From assembly GCA_963921275.4 (NCBI GenBank), contig OZ001293.3:5568001-5632000 (forward strand): a stretch of DNA of 64,000 nucleotides, in the 5' to 3' direction. The first letter of the stretch is position 1. Every line of letters starts with the position of its first letter. The position numbers were made by a program, and so were the translations under genes. Of the stretch, positions 10,570 through 27,352 are shown piece after piece. The DNA is from an uncultured Hormoscilla sp. Its GTDB lineage: Bacteria; Cyanobacteriota; Cyanobacteriia; Cyanobacteriales; Desertifilaceae. The notes beneath the pieces were generated by a model that searched no databases, was not told the DNA's origin, and saw only the letters and a program-made list of their open reading frames with translations.

Positions 10570-10915
10570 CGATGTCTACCGTTCCGGAAAAATCGGGACG
10601 CTAGCTGCTGCGCTAGCGCGAAAACCCCGAAGACATCGATCGCCGGTAGAATCAACTCGGTTTCTGGCCGTCACGCCTGGAGTGGGGAGTCTCGCAGATG
10701 CGATCCTATCGGGACAAGAGCGAAAAAATAGGCGTGGCTTGGGCATCAAACCCTTTCACAGAGCCATTTTTAGGTCGCGATGTCTGATTTTTCCGGAACG
10801 GTGGGGTTTTTGCCATGCATCCCTCAGACATCGTAGGGTCTCCTTGGACGCAGGCGAGCGGGTTTCAGCCATTTAATAGCCTTCTTCGATGTCTACCGTT
10901 CCGGAAAAATCGGGA
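10570..10915. repeat. Cluster of palindromic CGATGTCT...AGACATCG elements, each carrying the 15-bp insert
   Basis: Copies at 10570-10638, 10778-10833 and a partial one from 10887; related copies at 12581-12660 and 46152-46232. Confidence 0.8.
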
Positions 10916-11211
10916 CGTGCGAAAACCCCGTATCCCTTGCGGGAGCGCAGCAATACGACACGACGTAAAATCCTCACTCCGTAAGGGTTTGAGCAGCTTT
11001 TTGCCTGAGAAAATTGCTCTTGACCCGCTATGAAAACTTTATTAAGACAGAAGCCATAAAAGTATACCCGTATATAAAATCATTGATTACGTTAAGTGAC
11101 CATAGGATCTCCAGCGTAGCGTGTTGTTGCGCTATGCCCACACCACGGTTTAGGGCTACTAAAGAGCGAACCTAGATCGCCATTGAAGTCACGCGCAATT
11201 ATAGATAGAAC

Positions 11212-16762
<5,551 letters not shown>

Positions 16763-17457
16763 AATAACCTCGCTTCCCGCCACCCCGCCTCACCCTAAAG
16801 GGTGGGGCTACATGAACAAAGCCCGCCTGCGCGGGCTACCGTTCCGGAAAAATCAGGATCTGTGGTAGACTCGTAGCGTGGGCAGTGGATCGTGTCTTAC
16901 CGCTACCGGTGATAGCTAGATCGTTGACCGGTGAAACCGGGTTTCTTTATTTCTTTGATAACACACACGAGAAACTCGGTTTCTGGGGATACTTGACCTA
17001 TGTAGTAGAATGGTTTGGTAGGATTGTAAGTATCCAATGAGGGATGAGCGTCGCTCTTTTTTCATAGGATTCTGTGGTAGACTCGTAGGGTAAGCACTCT
17101 CTGGCGCTTTATCGCTACCGGTGGCAGCTAGTAGGATTATGTGGGCAGCTAGTAGGATTCTGTGGTAGGATATTAAGCGTCTAATAAGGGGCGATCCTTG
17201 TTAAACCGCAAAGTGACAGGTTAATCAGTGTGATATTTAGTGTTTGTTGGTGTAGTTGACAATGGTCTCAGCGCCAGTTTTCCAGAGAATTTCCTTGATG
17301 TTGCTGAAAGTGGTGGCAATTAGTGGAATTATGTGGTAGAATAAGTATCTAACAAAGATGGTTATCCAGAACCAAAAGGACGTTGGACTGGTAGAAAAGG
17401 GCAAAAAGCACAGTGTGATAAAGCTGTTGAAATAGTAAGAAAAATTTTAGAATCCAA

Positions 17458-17730
17458 ATGACTAGCATTCCCAAAGGTTTAGAAGATTGCGATCCCAATC
17501 AGAGGAGTTTTCCTCTTGGCTGGAAGCATGCTTAATTCAGAATGTATTTCAGAGATGATTTAGGAGGGTATGTATGTCCTAATTGTCAAAGAATATTTTG
17601 TGGCCCAAGCGGATTTGATCAACTGAAAGGCGATCACATCCACCCATTTTCAAAAGGAAGATTGACTGTCTGGGAAAATTTCCAACTTTTATGTACTGAA
17701 TGTAACTTAAAAAAAAGTAACAAGACCTAG
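17458..17730 (+). pseudogene. HNH endonuclease with internal stop
   Basis: MTSIPKG..WKHA*FRMYF then CPNC..DHIHPFSKG..NFQLLCTECNLKK; TAA at 17533. Confidence 0.7.
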
Positions 17731-17888
17731 TATAAAAAAAGTAACTATAGGTTAATTTTATGCCCTCATATCGAGCGAAAAAAACTCTTTTTGCTTATAT
17801 GAGATGGCACCTTATTGTCATTGGTACAGGACATGGTAAAATTGGTCGTTCAAAAGAGGAGTACGAGTTATGAAGAGTATGATGATTT

Positions 17889-17997
17889 CTCGCTCCTAGG
17901 CTCTGCCTGGGAGCGTTAGTTGGAGGCAGAGCCTCCTATTCTAGTCACAGGAGGCTCTGCCTCCAAACGACGTTCCCAGCGAGACACTGGGAACGAG
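17889..17997. repeat. Palindromic cyanobacterial intergenic repeat (GGCTCTGCC/GGCAGAGCC, GGGAACGAG)
   Basis: Related copies at ~30722-30830, 31935-32074 and 35277-35305. Confidence 0.6.
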
Positions 17998-18035
17998 CGT
18001 AATTGCCCGATCGCCCACGAATAGGAGTACAAGTC

Positions 18036-18287
18036 ATGAAGAGAATTGCGATCGCATCTGATGATGTTGAGATTCGTTCGCTGTTAGAGCAAGCTAACGA
18101 TGAAGACATTATTTTGCAACTGGTTGATGGCAGAAAATTTATGTTGAGTGCAGTTGATGATTTTGCTATTGAAGTCGCTAGAACTCGCCAAAACCCAAAA
18201 TTGATGGCGTTATTAGATGAACGCGCAAAGCAAACAGAAACAATTCCACTCGCAGAAGTCAAGCAAAGATTAGGTATTATAGACTGA
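18036..18287 (+). CDS. Small hypothetical protein, antitoxin-like
   Basis: MKRIAI..LLEQANDEDIIL..GRKF..IPLAEVKQRLG. Confidence 0.55.
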   Translation: MKRIAIASDDVEIRSLLEQANDEDIILQLVDGRKFMLSAVDDFAIEVARTRQNPKLMALLDERAKQTETIPLAEVKQRLGIID

Positions 18288-18336
18288 AACCCAGGGGTCT
18301 TAGTTGGTGGTAGCGGGCGATCAAGCGAGATAATTC

Positions 18337-18555
18337 ATGAATCAGTACAGTATGATTATTGAATGGTCTGATGAAGATCGGCTTTTCCTGGTCACAATTC
18401 CAGAATTTGCCGATCGGGTAATGATGCCTTGCACTCACGGCAAAACTCGTTATCGAGCAATTCAGAACAGCGAAGAAGTGATAGAAATGTATTTGGAGGC
18501 TTGGCAGGCAGAAGGTGAGTCCATCCCAGAACCCAGTACGCTGCAAATTGCCTGA
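18337..18555 (+). CDS. HicB-family antitoxin
   Basis: YSMIIEWSDED..VTIPEF..CTHGKT..AIQN..EVIEMYLE..GESIPEP. Confidence 0.85.
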   Translation: MNQYSMIIEWSDEDRLFLVTIPEFADRVMMPCTHGKTRYRAIQNSEEVIEMYLEAWQAEGESIPEPSTLQIA

Positions 18556-18654
18556 GTCCAATCTCCCTTGTCGAGTGCGTTTTAATCTCATTTTCAGGGT
18601 CTCCCTGGGAATGTTCAGTCCGAAAGGATGTAAAGAAACTTCAGCAGAAAGCCT

Positions 18655-19596
18655 GTGGAAAAAAAACCTTTAAATGAAGTACTGCTTGGTGACTGCCGCG
18701 AAGTCATGAAGTCAATCCCGAACAATTACATATCTGCCTGCATAACCGACCCCCCTTATAACTATGAATTCATCGGTCACAAATGGGATGATTCAGAAAT
18801 TAACAGGCGTATTGACAGGATTAATACTAAGGAGAGTAAGACACTTGTCAAAAATATTCCTTATGGGAGCGGTTTGGCCGGTGGAGTTAGAAATGAGAGA
18901 TGGTATCAGCGGAACCGAGAGAACATTCTAGATTATCAAAACTGGTGTCTTGAATGGGGAAAAGAAATTTTCCGAATCTGCAAGCCTGGGGCCACAGTTC
19001 TAGTTTTTAACAGCACTCGTACAGTTGCCCACGTACAGGTAGCACTTGAGGATGCTGGCTTTTACGCGAGAGACATTGTCGTTTATCGGCGTTCTAGCGG
19101 CATTCCCAAAGGAGTCAATATCAGACGACAGCTAGAGAAAAGAGGTTACGATCGTCCAGAAGAATGGGATGGCTGGCATAGTTGCTTGAGGAATGAATGG
19201 GAAGCAATTTGTGTTTTGCAAAAGCCTCTGGTCAAGAATTACTTAGAGACATTATTGCAGCATGGTACGGGTCTTTTCTACACTAAAGATCCGTTGGGTG
19301 GATTTCAATCTAATATCTTAGAAAATATTTCCAAAGATAAAAGTGAAGATTTTAACGTTCACTGTACCATTAAACCTTTGAAACTGATGAAGAAATTAGT
19401 TGAGATCTTTGTACCCCGTACCCCAAGGACTATCTTGATGGATCCTTTTGCAGGATCGGGAACTACATTAGTTGCTGCCCAGGAGTTCAATATCAATTTT
19501 ATAGGTATTGAGATTGTGCCCGAGTATGTAGATATAATCGATAAGCGTCTTGAAGGGTTTAACGGTTCACAGGGAACTCTCCCGCTCTTTCAGTAA
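18655..19596 (+). CDS. N4/N6 DNA methyltransferase (beta class)
   Basis: GDCREVM, ITDPPY (motif IV) N-terminal, HCTIKP, DPFAGSGTT (motif I) C-terminal. Confidence 0.93.
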   Translation: MEKKPLNEVLLGDCREVMKSIPNNYISACITDPPYNYEFIGHKWDDSEINRRIDRINTKESKTLVKNIPYGSGLAGGVRNERWYQRNRENILDYQNWCLEWGKEIFRICKPGATVLVFNSTRTVAHVQVALEDAGFYARDIVVYRRSSGIPKGVNIRRQLEKRGYDRPEEWDGWHSCLRNEWEAICVLQKPLVKNYLETLLQHGTGLFYTKDPLGGFQSNILENISKDKSEDFNVHCTIKPLKLMKKLVEIFVPRTPRTILMDPFAGSGTTLVAAQEFNINFIGIEIVPEYVDIIDKRLEGFNGSQGTLPLFQ

Positions 19597-20113
19597 GAAA
19601 ACTCTTGAGATCGAAACCGCTCAAATTTTGAATAAATTCAAATGACTCATCGCCAATGTATACATTCCAATTTTCACTGTTACAGGCTGTAATTGCAGCA
19701 GGTAAATTATCCTTTCTAAGTATTAGGAAGACTGGCTCATAACCCCGATCGCGGAGTAAAGGACCATAAGACTTAATTTTTTTCAGCGTGCCTGAATCTC
19801 CGGAGCCAATTCGATACTTAGTATCTATTGCATAATTGCCAACAACTAAATCACATGGTTCATCATTTCCCAACTTAAATGCCGGTTGAAAATCACTGCA
19901 ATATGTTTTGCAAACTTCAACCACTAATAACTGCCAACACCTACCAAGTTCCCGTCCCCAATACTGCCTGTTCTCCCTTTTCAATTGAGGAGATAAGCCA
20001 AACACATTCATGAGGGGATCCAGTTCGTCATTCTCTTGAGAATAAACTTTATCACTAAAAGACCTTTGATATCTTTCTAAAATCTTATCTAGAGATTCCT
20101 CAGTCATTGTCAT
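19559..20113 (-). CDS. Putative type II restriction endonuclease (ApaLI-like), convergent with the methyltransferase
   Basis: PCDL..AIDTKYRIGSGD PD-(D/E)XK-like motif; 38-bp tail-to-tail overlap with the MTase. Confidence 0.7.
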   Translation of the reverse strand: MTMTEESLDKILERYQRSFSDKVYSQENDELDPLMNVFGLSPQLKRENRQYWGRELGRCWQLLVVEVCKTYCSDFQPAFKLGNDEPCDLVVGNYAIDTKYRIGSGDSGTLKKIKSYGPLLRDRGYEPVFLILRKDNLPAAITACNSENWNVYIGDESFEFIQNLSGFDLKSFLTERAGEFPVNR

Positions 20114-20138
20114 TAACGAGATCCGCTAAACTTACCGA

Positions 20139-20194
20139 CGGTGTCACTTGACAGGCATGATAATATAGTAGATCATGCCTGTCAAGTGACACCG
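20139..20194 (-). promoter_or_regulatory. Perfect 23-bp inverted repeat containing a sigma70-like promoter aimed at the endonuclease
   Basis: CGGTGTCACTTGACAGGCATGAT-10 nt-ATCATGCCTGTCAAGTGACACCG; the minus strand reads TTGACA-N17-TATCAT. Confidence 0.6.
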
Positions 20195-20450
20195 ATAAGG
20201 CATCGGCTATCTTTTTGGCATTAACTGTAGCCCTCCCAGGACATGCAGCACCAGGAGACCGCGAAGGCGGGTTATCGGACTAGCGGGCGATCGGGTCTCT
20301 TGACAACGCTGCGCTAGTGCAAGATATCAGGTATAATAAAGAGAGGCTCGATCGCCTGCTAATTCCACCAGATTGCGAGATAAAATAGCGCGTAGCCGTG
20401 TTGAGACAGTCAGCCTTCGCAATTTTCAATTCACAATTTTTAATTAGCTT

Positions 20451-21011
20451 ATGATTAGTATAGTCGCGCCAACCCAAACTCTAGAGGAGTTTTTACAACT
20501 CCCAGAAACAAAACCTGCGTCCGAGTTTATTGATGGAGAAATTATCCAAAAAAAGATGCCTCAAGGTGAACATAGTGTGCTGCAAGGGGAACTATACGCA
20601 GCCATAAACAAAGCAGCTAAACCCAAAAAAATTGCTATGGCATTTCCAGAGTTACGCTGTACCTTTGGGGGTAACTCTATCGTTCCTGACATTTCCGTGT
20701 TTCGGTGGGAGAGAATTCCGGTTAATGCTGCTGGGAGGATTGCCAACCGTTTTCACATTCATCCGGATTGGTCAATTGAAATTCTTTCTCCCGACCAAAG
20801 ACAAACAAGGGTGTTAGGCAATCTCCTCTATTGTTCCCAACAGGGAACCGAGTTGGGTTGGTTGATTGACCCAGAGTCGGAGAACATTCTGGTGGTGTTC
20901 TCAGATCAACGGGTGCAAATATTCGGGGGGACCGATCGCTTGCCGATTCTGAGCGAAATTACATTATCATTAACGGTCGAGCAGGTTTTTGCTTGGTTAA
21001 CGATCAGTTAA
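20451..21011 (+). CDS. Uma2-family endonuclease
   Basis: TLEEFLQLPETKPASEFIDG, PELRCTFGG.SIVPD, PDWSIEILSP, LGWLIDP. Confidence 0.92.
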   Translation: MISIVAPTQTLEEFLQLPETKPASEFIDGEIIQKKMPQGEHSVLQGELYAAINKAAKPKKIAMAFPELRCTFGGNSIVPDISVFRWERIPVNAAGRIANRFHIHPDWSIEILSPDQRQTRVLGNLLYCSQQGTELGWLIDPESENILVVFSDQRVQIFGGTDRLPILSEITLSLTVEQVFAWLTIS

Positions 21012-21067
21012 GCGATCGGCAGCAATCTCCCATCGGACCAGTATAACAGATTATCTACCTTAACATC

Positions 21068-21505
21068 ATGTGGAATCCAGAAGACTACACGCTATCGCTA
21101 AGAATTCCGACGCTCAATTGAAGTGGGCACGAGAGTTAAGATCTCACCTGGATCTAACAAGTAACGAATCTATTCTAGATGTCGGCTGTGAAGATGGAAA
21201 AATTACTGCTGATTTTGCAGCAGCTTTACCACAAAACCGAGTATGTAGACAAGTCCCCTCAGATGATTGATTATGCCACAGACAAATACCCGACAGCCGC
21301 AATGACAGATAAGATCCTTAACCGAGAAGTATTGGATGTCCTGTTCTCAAATGCAATTCTGCACTGGGTAGATAATCACCAAGCATTCCTTCAAGGTGCA
21401 AATTGCGTTTTGCGTCCTGGTGGAAGGCTGATTATCTCTTGCGGGGGCGAGGGAAATGCTGCTGATATTTTGCAAGTTTTTGCCGAACTTGTAGTCCGAG
21501 AACCT
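21068..21505 (+). pseudogene. Class I SAM methyltransferase (Tam-like), frameshifted and partly deleted
   Basis: MWNPEDY / AKNSDAQLKWAREL..ILDVGCEDGKIT / LFSNAILHWV..LRPGGRL in shifting frames; MITE right end at 21298-21334. Confidence 0.8.
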
Positions 21506-22183
21506 TTGGATCGAGCCTTGGGAGGATTCCTCCTCTCCACCGTGGGTTTTGGATCGTTCAAAATCGTTCATCTGCGCATTCACCATCGATATGTGGGTAC
21601 GCCCCTGGATTTTGCCACCGCCCAACGAGGGCAGAGTATTTATGCATTTTGGTGGAAAAATCTGATTAGTAATGTGAGTGAGGCAATTCGCTGCGAACGG
21701 GAAGAACTGGCAAGGAGGGGCCAAGCCTTTTGGCATAGCGAACTGCTCCTCTGGTATCTTTTAAGTCTGCTTTGGCTCGCCATTGACATGGTGCTAGGGG
21801 GGTGGAAAGGGGGCGTATTTTGGGGAATACAGGCCCTCATCGCCATTCTCACCCTGGACTGGACCAACTATTTGCAACATTACGGCTTAACTCGAAAGCA
21901 AGACGCCAGGGGTCGATACGAGCCCGTGCAAGTTCATCATGCCTGGTCCTCGGGAATATTCCTCCGGGATCTCGCTCTCTTTAATCTGATGAGGCACGGA
22001 GACCATCACGCCAATCCACAACGCCATTATCAGTCCCTAAGACATGACGACAATGTTCCCGAATACCCCTATAATTACTCAATCATGTATTTGCTGGCCT
22101 TAGTTCCCCCTCTCTTTCAGCGCATTGTACATCCATATTTGGACCGTTTTGAGTCCCAACAGCAACAGCCTCAGGAGGGGTGA
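21506..22183 (+). pseudogene. AlkB-like membrane di-iron monooxygenase/desaturase, 5'-truncated
   Basis: HLRIHH..GTP.D.ATA, NYLQHYGL, NLMRHGDHHANP His boxes; N-terminal part missing and fused to the MTase remnant. Confidence 0.8.
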
Positions 22184-22186
22184 AAC

Positions 22187-22966
22187 ATGGTTATTCTGAT
22201 TACGGGCGCATCTTCAGGCATTGGGCGCCAGCTCGTTTTGCACTATCTCAACCAGGGTCATGCTGTGGCTGCTGTGGCCCGGCGGGAGGAGAAGCTGGCA
22301 GAACTCTATCAAGCACCCCAGTCCCAAAACGGCACCCTGAAGATTTATCCTGCCGATGTCACCGACAAGCAAGCTATGGCAGGGGTCATTACGGCCACCG
22401 AACGGGACTTAGGTCCGCTGGATCTGGCGATCGCCAGTGCGGGTATTGCAACTCAGCAGCTCGCGGCCAATCTTGACCTAGAAGCATTTGAGCAAATCAT
22501 GGAAACTAACGTCATGGGGGTTTTTTATACCCTTGTGCCTGGGATAAATGCTATGATGGAGCGAGGACGAGGACAAGTGGTGGCTATTTCCAGTCTGGCT
22601 GCCTTTTACTCCGGGCCTCGCATAAGCACCTACTGTGCGTCTAAGGCTGCCCTTAACTACCAGCTGGAAGGGCTCTACTTTACCCTCAAGCCCCATGGCA
22701 TCCATGTCACAACGATTTGTCCTGGCTTTATCAAAACAGAAATAACGGGAGGACAGCCGGTGCCCGCGTACATGTGTCTGGAGGCAAATAGGGCCATTGA
22801 GAAGATTACACGGGCGATCGCCCAAAAGCGCCGACTATACTGCTTTCCCCTATGGCAATATCAACTCGTCAACTTCATAGCTATGCTGCCCAATGCCCTC
22901 AAAGGCTTCGTCTTCAACAGTGTGAATGAAAAAGTTTTTCCTCGTCCCAACTTCTCCAACTCGTGA
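22187..22966 (+). CDS. Short-chain dehydrogenase/reductase
   Basis: ITGASSGIG, YCASKAA, ICPGFIKT. Confidence 0.93.
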   Translation: MVILITGASSGIGRQLVLHYLNQGHAVAAVARREEKLAELYQAPQSQNGTLKIYPADVTDKQAMAGVITATERDLGPLDLAIASAGIATQQLAANLDLEAFEQIMETNVMGVFYTLVPGINAMMERGRGQVVAISSLAAFYSGPRISTYCASKAALNYQLEGLYFTLKPHGIHVTTICPGFIKTEITGGQPVPAYMCLEANRAIEKITRAIAQKRRLYCFPLWQYQLVNFIAMLPNALKGFVFNSVNEKVFPRPNFSNS

Positions 22967-24102
22967 AGATGCCAACCACTCTGCTCACTAATCTACGCTA
23001 TCAGATCGGCTTAATTGGCTTCACCCGATTCAGCAATATCCTGAGGCTGTGCCACTATGCCATTGAGATCCATCCGCGCTATCTCTTGCGTCTCCTGTTA
23101 GTTGTAAGCTCAAGTCTGATTGGCTTACCTTTGGCACTCTGGGAACGAGTTGTCTATGGCCGAAGAATTGCCCAGACTCAGATCGAGCATCCACCTATTT
23201 TTATCATCGGTTATTGGCGCAGTGGCACCACCTATCTGCACAACCTGATGACTCAAGACTCAAGCTTTGGCTACCTGTCCATGTATCAGGCTATAGTCCC
23301 GGACTGTTCCCTTGTCGGTCAAGGTTGGCTGAAGCAACTCTTGGATAGAACTGTGCTGAATAAACGGCCTATGGATAACGTGACCTGGCCGCTGGATACC
23401 GCTCAGGAGGACGAAATAGCCCTCTGCAAAACCATGGCCACCTCCTTGTACACCAGTTTCATGTTTCCGAAAAAGTCCCTGGATTTGTTCCGCAGGTATG
23501 TCCTCATGGACGGGGCATCTAAAGGAACAATGGCAGAATTGAAGGGCAAATATTACCGACTGCTACAAATTGCTACCATCCACGCCCAAGGCAAGCCCCT
23601 GATTTTGAAAAATCCGGTCAACACCGCACGGATCGAGCTACTGCTGGAAATGTTTCCCGATGCCAAGTTTATCCACATTCATCGCTCTCCTTACCATGTC
23701 TTTCGGTCAAACAAAAACATGAACGAAACCTTGACTCCCATTACGACCTTACAAGCCTTGGATTTTACTAGCCCTGAGAGAGAGGAAAGGCTCCTGACGG
23801 TGTATGAAGAAATGATGCAGCGATATTTAGAGGAGCGCTCTCTGATTCCAGCAGGGAATCTAGTTGAAGTTCGTTTTGAGGATCTGGAGCGAAATCCCTT
23901 GAGAGAAATACAGCGGATTTATGCAGCACTGAATTTACCAAGCTATGAGGCATCGTCGTCGGCCTTCAAGACTTACATAGATTCTCAGAAGTCCTATAAA
24001 AAGAACGAACATCAGCTTGATGCTGAGGCACAACAGCAGGTCGAGCAGCGTTGGCGATTTGCCTTCTCAGAGTTTGGTTATGCCCTACAGGGCCACTCAT
24101 GA
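22963..24102 (+). CDS. Sulfotransferase
   Basis: PIFIIGYWRSGTTYLHNL (PAPS-binding), LKNPVNT, FPDAKFIHIHRSP, VRFEDL. Confidence 0.9.
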   Translation: MKMPTTLLTNLRYQIGLIGFTRFSNILRLCHYAIEIHPRYLLRLLLVVSSSLIGLPLALWERVVYGRRIAQTQIEHPPIFIIGYWRSGTTYLHNLMTQDSSFGYLSMYQAIVPDCSLVGQGWLKQLLDRTVLNKRPMDNVTWPLDTAQEDEIALCKTMATSLYTSFMFPKKSLDLFRRYVLMDGASKGTMAELKGKYYRLLQIATIHAQGKPLILKNPVNTARIELLLEMFPDAKFIHIHRSPYHVFRSNKNMNETLTPITTLQALDFTSPEREERLLTVYEEMMQRYLEERSLIPAGNLVEVRFEDLERNPLREIQRIYAALNLPSYEASSSAFKTYIDSQKSYKKNEHQLDAEAQQQVEQRWRFAFSEFGYALQGHS

Positions 24103-24162
24103 TTTCTCCCATTCACCCTCAAAAAGGAAACAAGAACAGAGAACAAATTTTTACTTTGTCTG

Positions 24163-24846
24163 GTGGTTGCCCTCAGCCTCCTATTGAGCAAGAGCAAGTT
24201 TTTACAAGGTCTGCTGCCCCAGGGACTGGTGAAAAAGCTACCGCTGGGGTGGACCGACGAAATGTATTGGACCGTCTTAAAATCAGGAGGACAGCGAGTC
24301 TATGTGGACATTCCCTGCCAGTTAAGACAGCCAGAGAGCTATAGGCCCAAAGCAGATGTGGAAGATGCCTACCGACTGACTGAAGCAGATATCCAATTCT
24401 TCTATGAGAATGGCTATCTCGGTCCCTTCACGTTGATGTCTCCTGCAGAGGCTGAATCACTATGGAAAGATATGGAGCAGAGTCTGGCGACAGAATCCCG
24501 CGTGTATCCCTATTCTCAGGGTGCCTATGTCATCGAAGTTCAAGATCGAGCATCATCTCAAGACGGGGTCAGAAGCAAGTACGAGACCAATATTCTGGCG
24601 ATGAACTATCGCGATCGCCATTTAGAAGTGGATACATTGCTCAACTTATTCAAACATCCTGCCCTCACCGAACGCTGTGCTCAACTCCTGGGTCCTGACT
24701 TGCTATTGTGGCGAACTCAATTTTTCCCCAAACCCTCTGGAGAAGCCGGTACCCCCTTGCATCAAGCGAGTTGTTATCTGCTGGACAACATGAAAACAGC
24801 GGTTGTCTATCCACCCGATCGCAGTGAGTTATTTCAATTAACCTGA
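24163..24846 (+). pseudogene. Fe(II)/2-oxoglutarate halogenase-like (SyrB2/BarB type), C-terminally truncated
   Basis: FYENGYLGPF, NYRDRHL, LLGPDLLLWRTQFFPK..GTPLHQA (HxA signature); stops at ELFQLT before the distal His. Confidence 0.72.
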
Positions 24847-24861
24847 CAACTAACAATAATT

Positions 24862-25030
24862 GGCGTTGCACAACTACGGGATGATAAGGGTTGAAAATTG
24901 AAAATTGTGAATGGTCAATTGAAATAGTCATAAATGTTCTAGAATAGACTATATTAGCTTATTCAATTTTCAATTTTCAATTTTCAATTTGCAACCATTG
25001 ACTGCTATCATCCCAAAAATGTGCAACGCC
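24862..25030. mobile_element. MITE with ~25-bp imperfect TIRs and an 8-bp target duplication
   Basis: GGCGTTGCACA..GGGATGATA / TATCATCCC..TGTGCAACGCC flanked by CAATAATT at 24854 and 25031; internal AAAATTG heptamers. Confidence 0.82.
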
Positions 25031-25036
25031 CAATAA

Positions 25037-26323
25037 TTAATCTATAGCATAAACATCTTTGCCCCAGCCGATCGCATACCGGAGAGAATGAGATAAGTTT
25101 TTACTGGACATGGTAGTGAAAATTATGAGATTGATAAAGGCGATCGCAGCAGCAAGGGCGAACAGAGTATGATAATTAAATAAATCCGCAACGGTGCCAA
25201 ATGCTGGACCTGCGATCGCGATACCCAAATCAAATCCGCCCAGGAACAAACTAAAAATCCGCCCCCGTTCTTGAGGGTGGCAGCGGTCTGCCATCATCGC
25301 AGACAGGGAAGGAATAAGTATACCAAACCCCGACCCTTCTATAATGCCTGCGATTAAAAAGCCTCTGGCATCCTGGATGAAAGTCCACAAAATTAGCATC
25401 CCCAAGGCTTGCAGCAGGATAGCAATGCTAATAAACAACCCTCTGCCAAACCGCACGCTCAAGGGACCGACTGCTACGCGAGTGCAGAAGCTAGCGATCG
25501 CACTGGCAGTATAGAACCAGCCGGGATTAAGATCGACATTCATATCTTTAATAAATAAAGGCACGAATGTTGTCCGGGCTGCAAAAACCAGTGCTACTAG
25601 GAACAGCACCAGGGTAGGAATGCGGATGGGATGACTGTTTAACAAACTCCAGAATTTGTCTGATTTGGGCTTCTCTGGGAGATCCTGTGGGGTTTTCTGC
25701 ACCGATGGTTCTCTGATTTGTAAGCAAAAGACTAGACTCAATACTCCTAAAGAGGAGGTCAAGAGAAATAAAGGCCCATAACCGAATGATTCGGTCACAA
25801 CACCCTCCACAGCTGGCCCGATCGCCAGACCCAAGGGAGCCACCAACAGCATGTAGCCAATAATTTCTCCCCGATGTTGGGGGGGAGAAATGTCTGCCAC
25901 TAGGGCCAGATAGGCTGTGGTCAAGGCAGAAATACTGATGCCGTGGAACGCCCGGACTGCTATCAGCACCGGAATAGACACACCAACTAGATAGCCCAGG
26001 GGGGCGATCGCCACCACCGAGATCCCAATCAACAGAACAATTTTGCGACTACGTATGTCCGCCATCTGCCCCAGAGGCCTGCGAGACAGCAGCAGTCCAA
26101 TGGAAAATGATCCTATGACAATGCCCACATCTTGAGGAGTGCCCCCCACATGCTGGATATACAGAGGCAGGGTGCCCAGCAGAGAACCGATACTGCACCA
26201 AAACAGCAAAGCTGCCATGAACAGTCTCAGCAGGTCGTTGCGTAACTTGGGACTGAGGGTGCTAAAAACCTTCAAAACTGAATTTCCCCAGACTGAAAGA
26301 ACTTCTACTGCTCTGTCGCACAC
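25037..26323 (-). CDS. MFS transporter (true start probably TTG ~26275)
   Basis: ~12 hydrophobic segments, GQMADIRSRK motif A, ADISPPQHRG, ADRCHPQERG. Confidence 0.92.
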   Translation of the reverse strand: MCDRAVEVLSVWGNSVLKVFSTLSPKLRNDLLRLFMAALLFWCSIGSLLGTLPLYIQHVGGTPQDVGIVIGSFSIGLLLSRRPLGQMADIRSRKIVLLIGISVVAIAPLGYLVGVSIPVLIAVRAFHGISISALTTAYLALVADISPPQHRGEIIGYMLLVAPLGLAIGPAVEGVVTESFGYGPLFLLTSSLGVLSLVFCLQIREPSVQKTPQDLPEKPKSDKFWSLLNSHPIRIPTLVLFLVALVFAARTTFVPLFIKDMNVDLNPGWFYTASAIASFCTRVAVGPLSVRFGRGLFISIAILLQALGMLILWTFIQDARGFLIAGIIEGSGFGILIPSLSAMMADRCHPQERGRIFSLFLGGFDLGIAIAGPAFGTVADLFNYHTLFALAAAIAFINLIIFTTMSSKNLSHSLRYAIGWGKDVYAID

Positions 26324-26517
26324 GCAGAAACAGCTTATCTATCCTATTATGCTGTTTTACCATCCTGCTGCGCATCGCCGGTGCTGGCCAGACCCGCTCG
26401 GCTTAGAGGTAAAAAAATCAGGGCGACAACGCCCTGATTATTGCAAACATGGAGTAGAACAACAATTTATCTAGTGCTGCGTTTAACCCTCACAAATCCA
26501 ACAAGTAGATCCGTGCA

Positions 26518-27352
<835 letters not shown>

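Noticed and set aside
21179..22183. Novel methyltransferase-desaturase fusion protein
   Set aside because: The SAM-binding motif is in another frame, a MITE end is embedded and the first His box region is missing; it looks like a deletion junction between pseudogenes.
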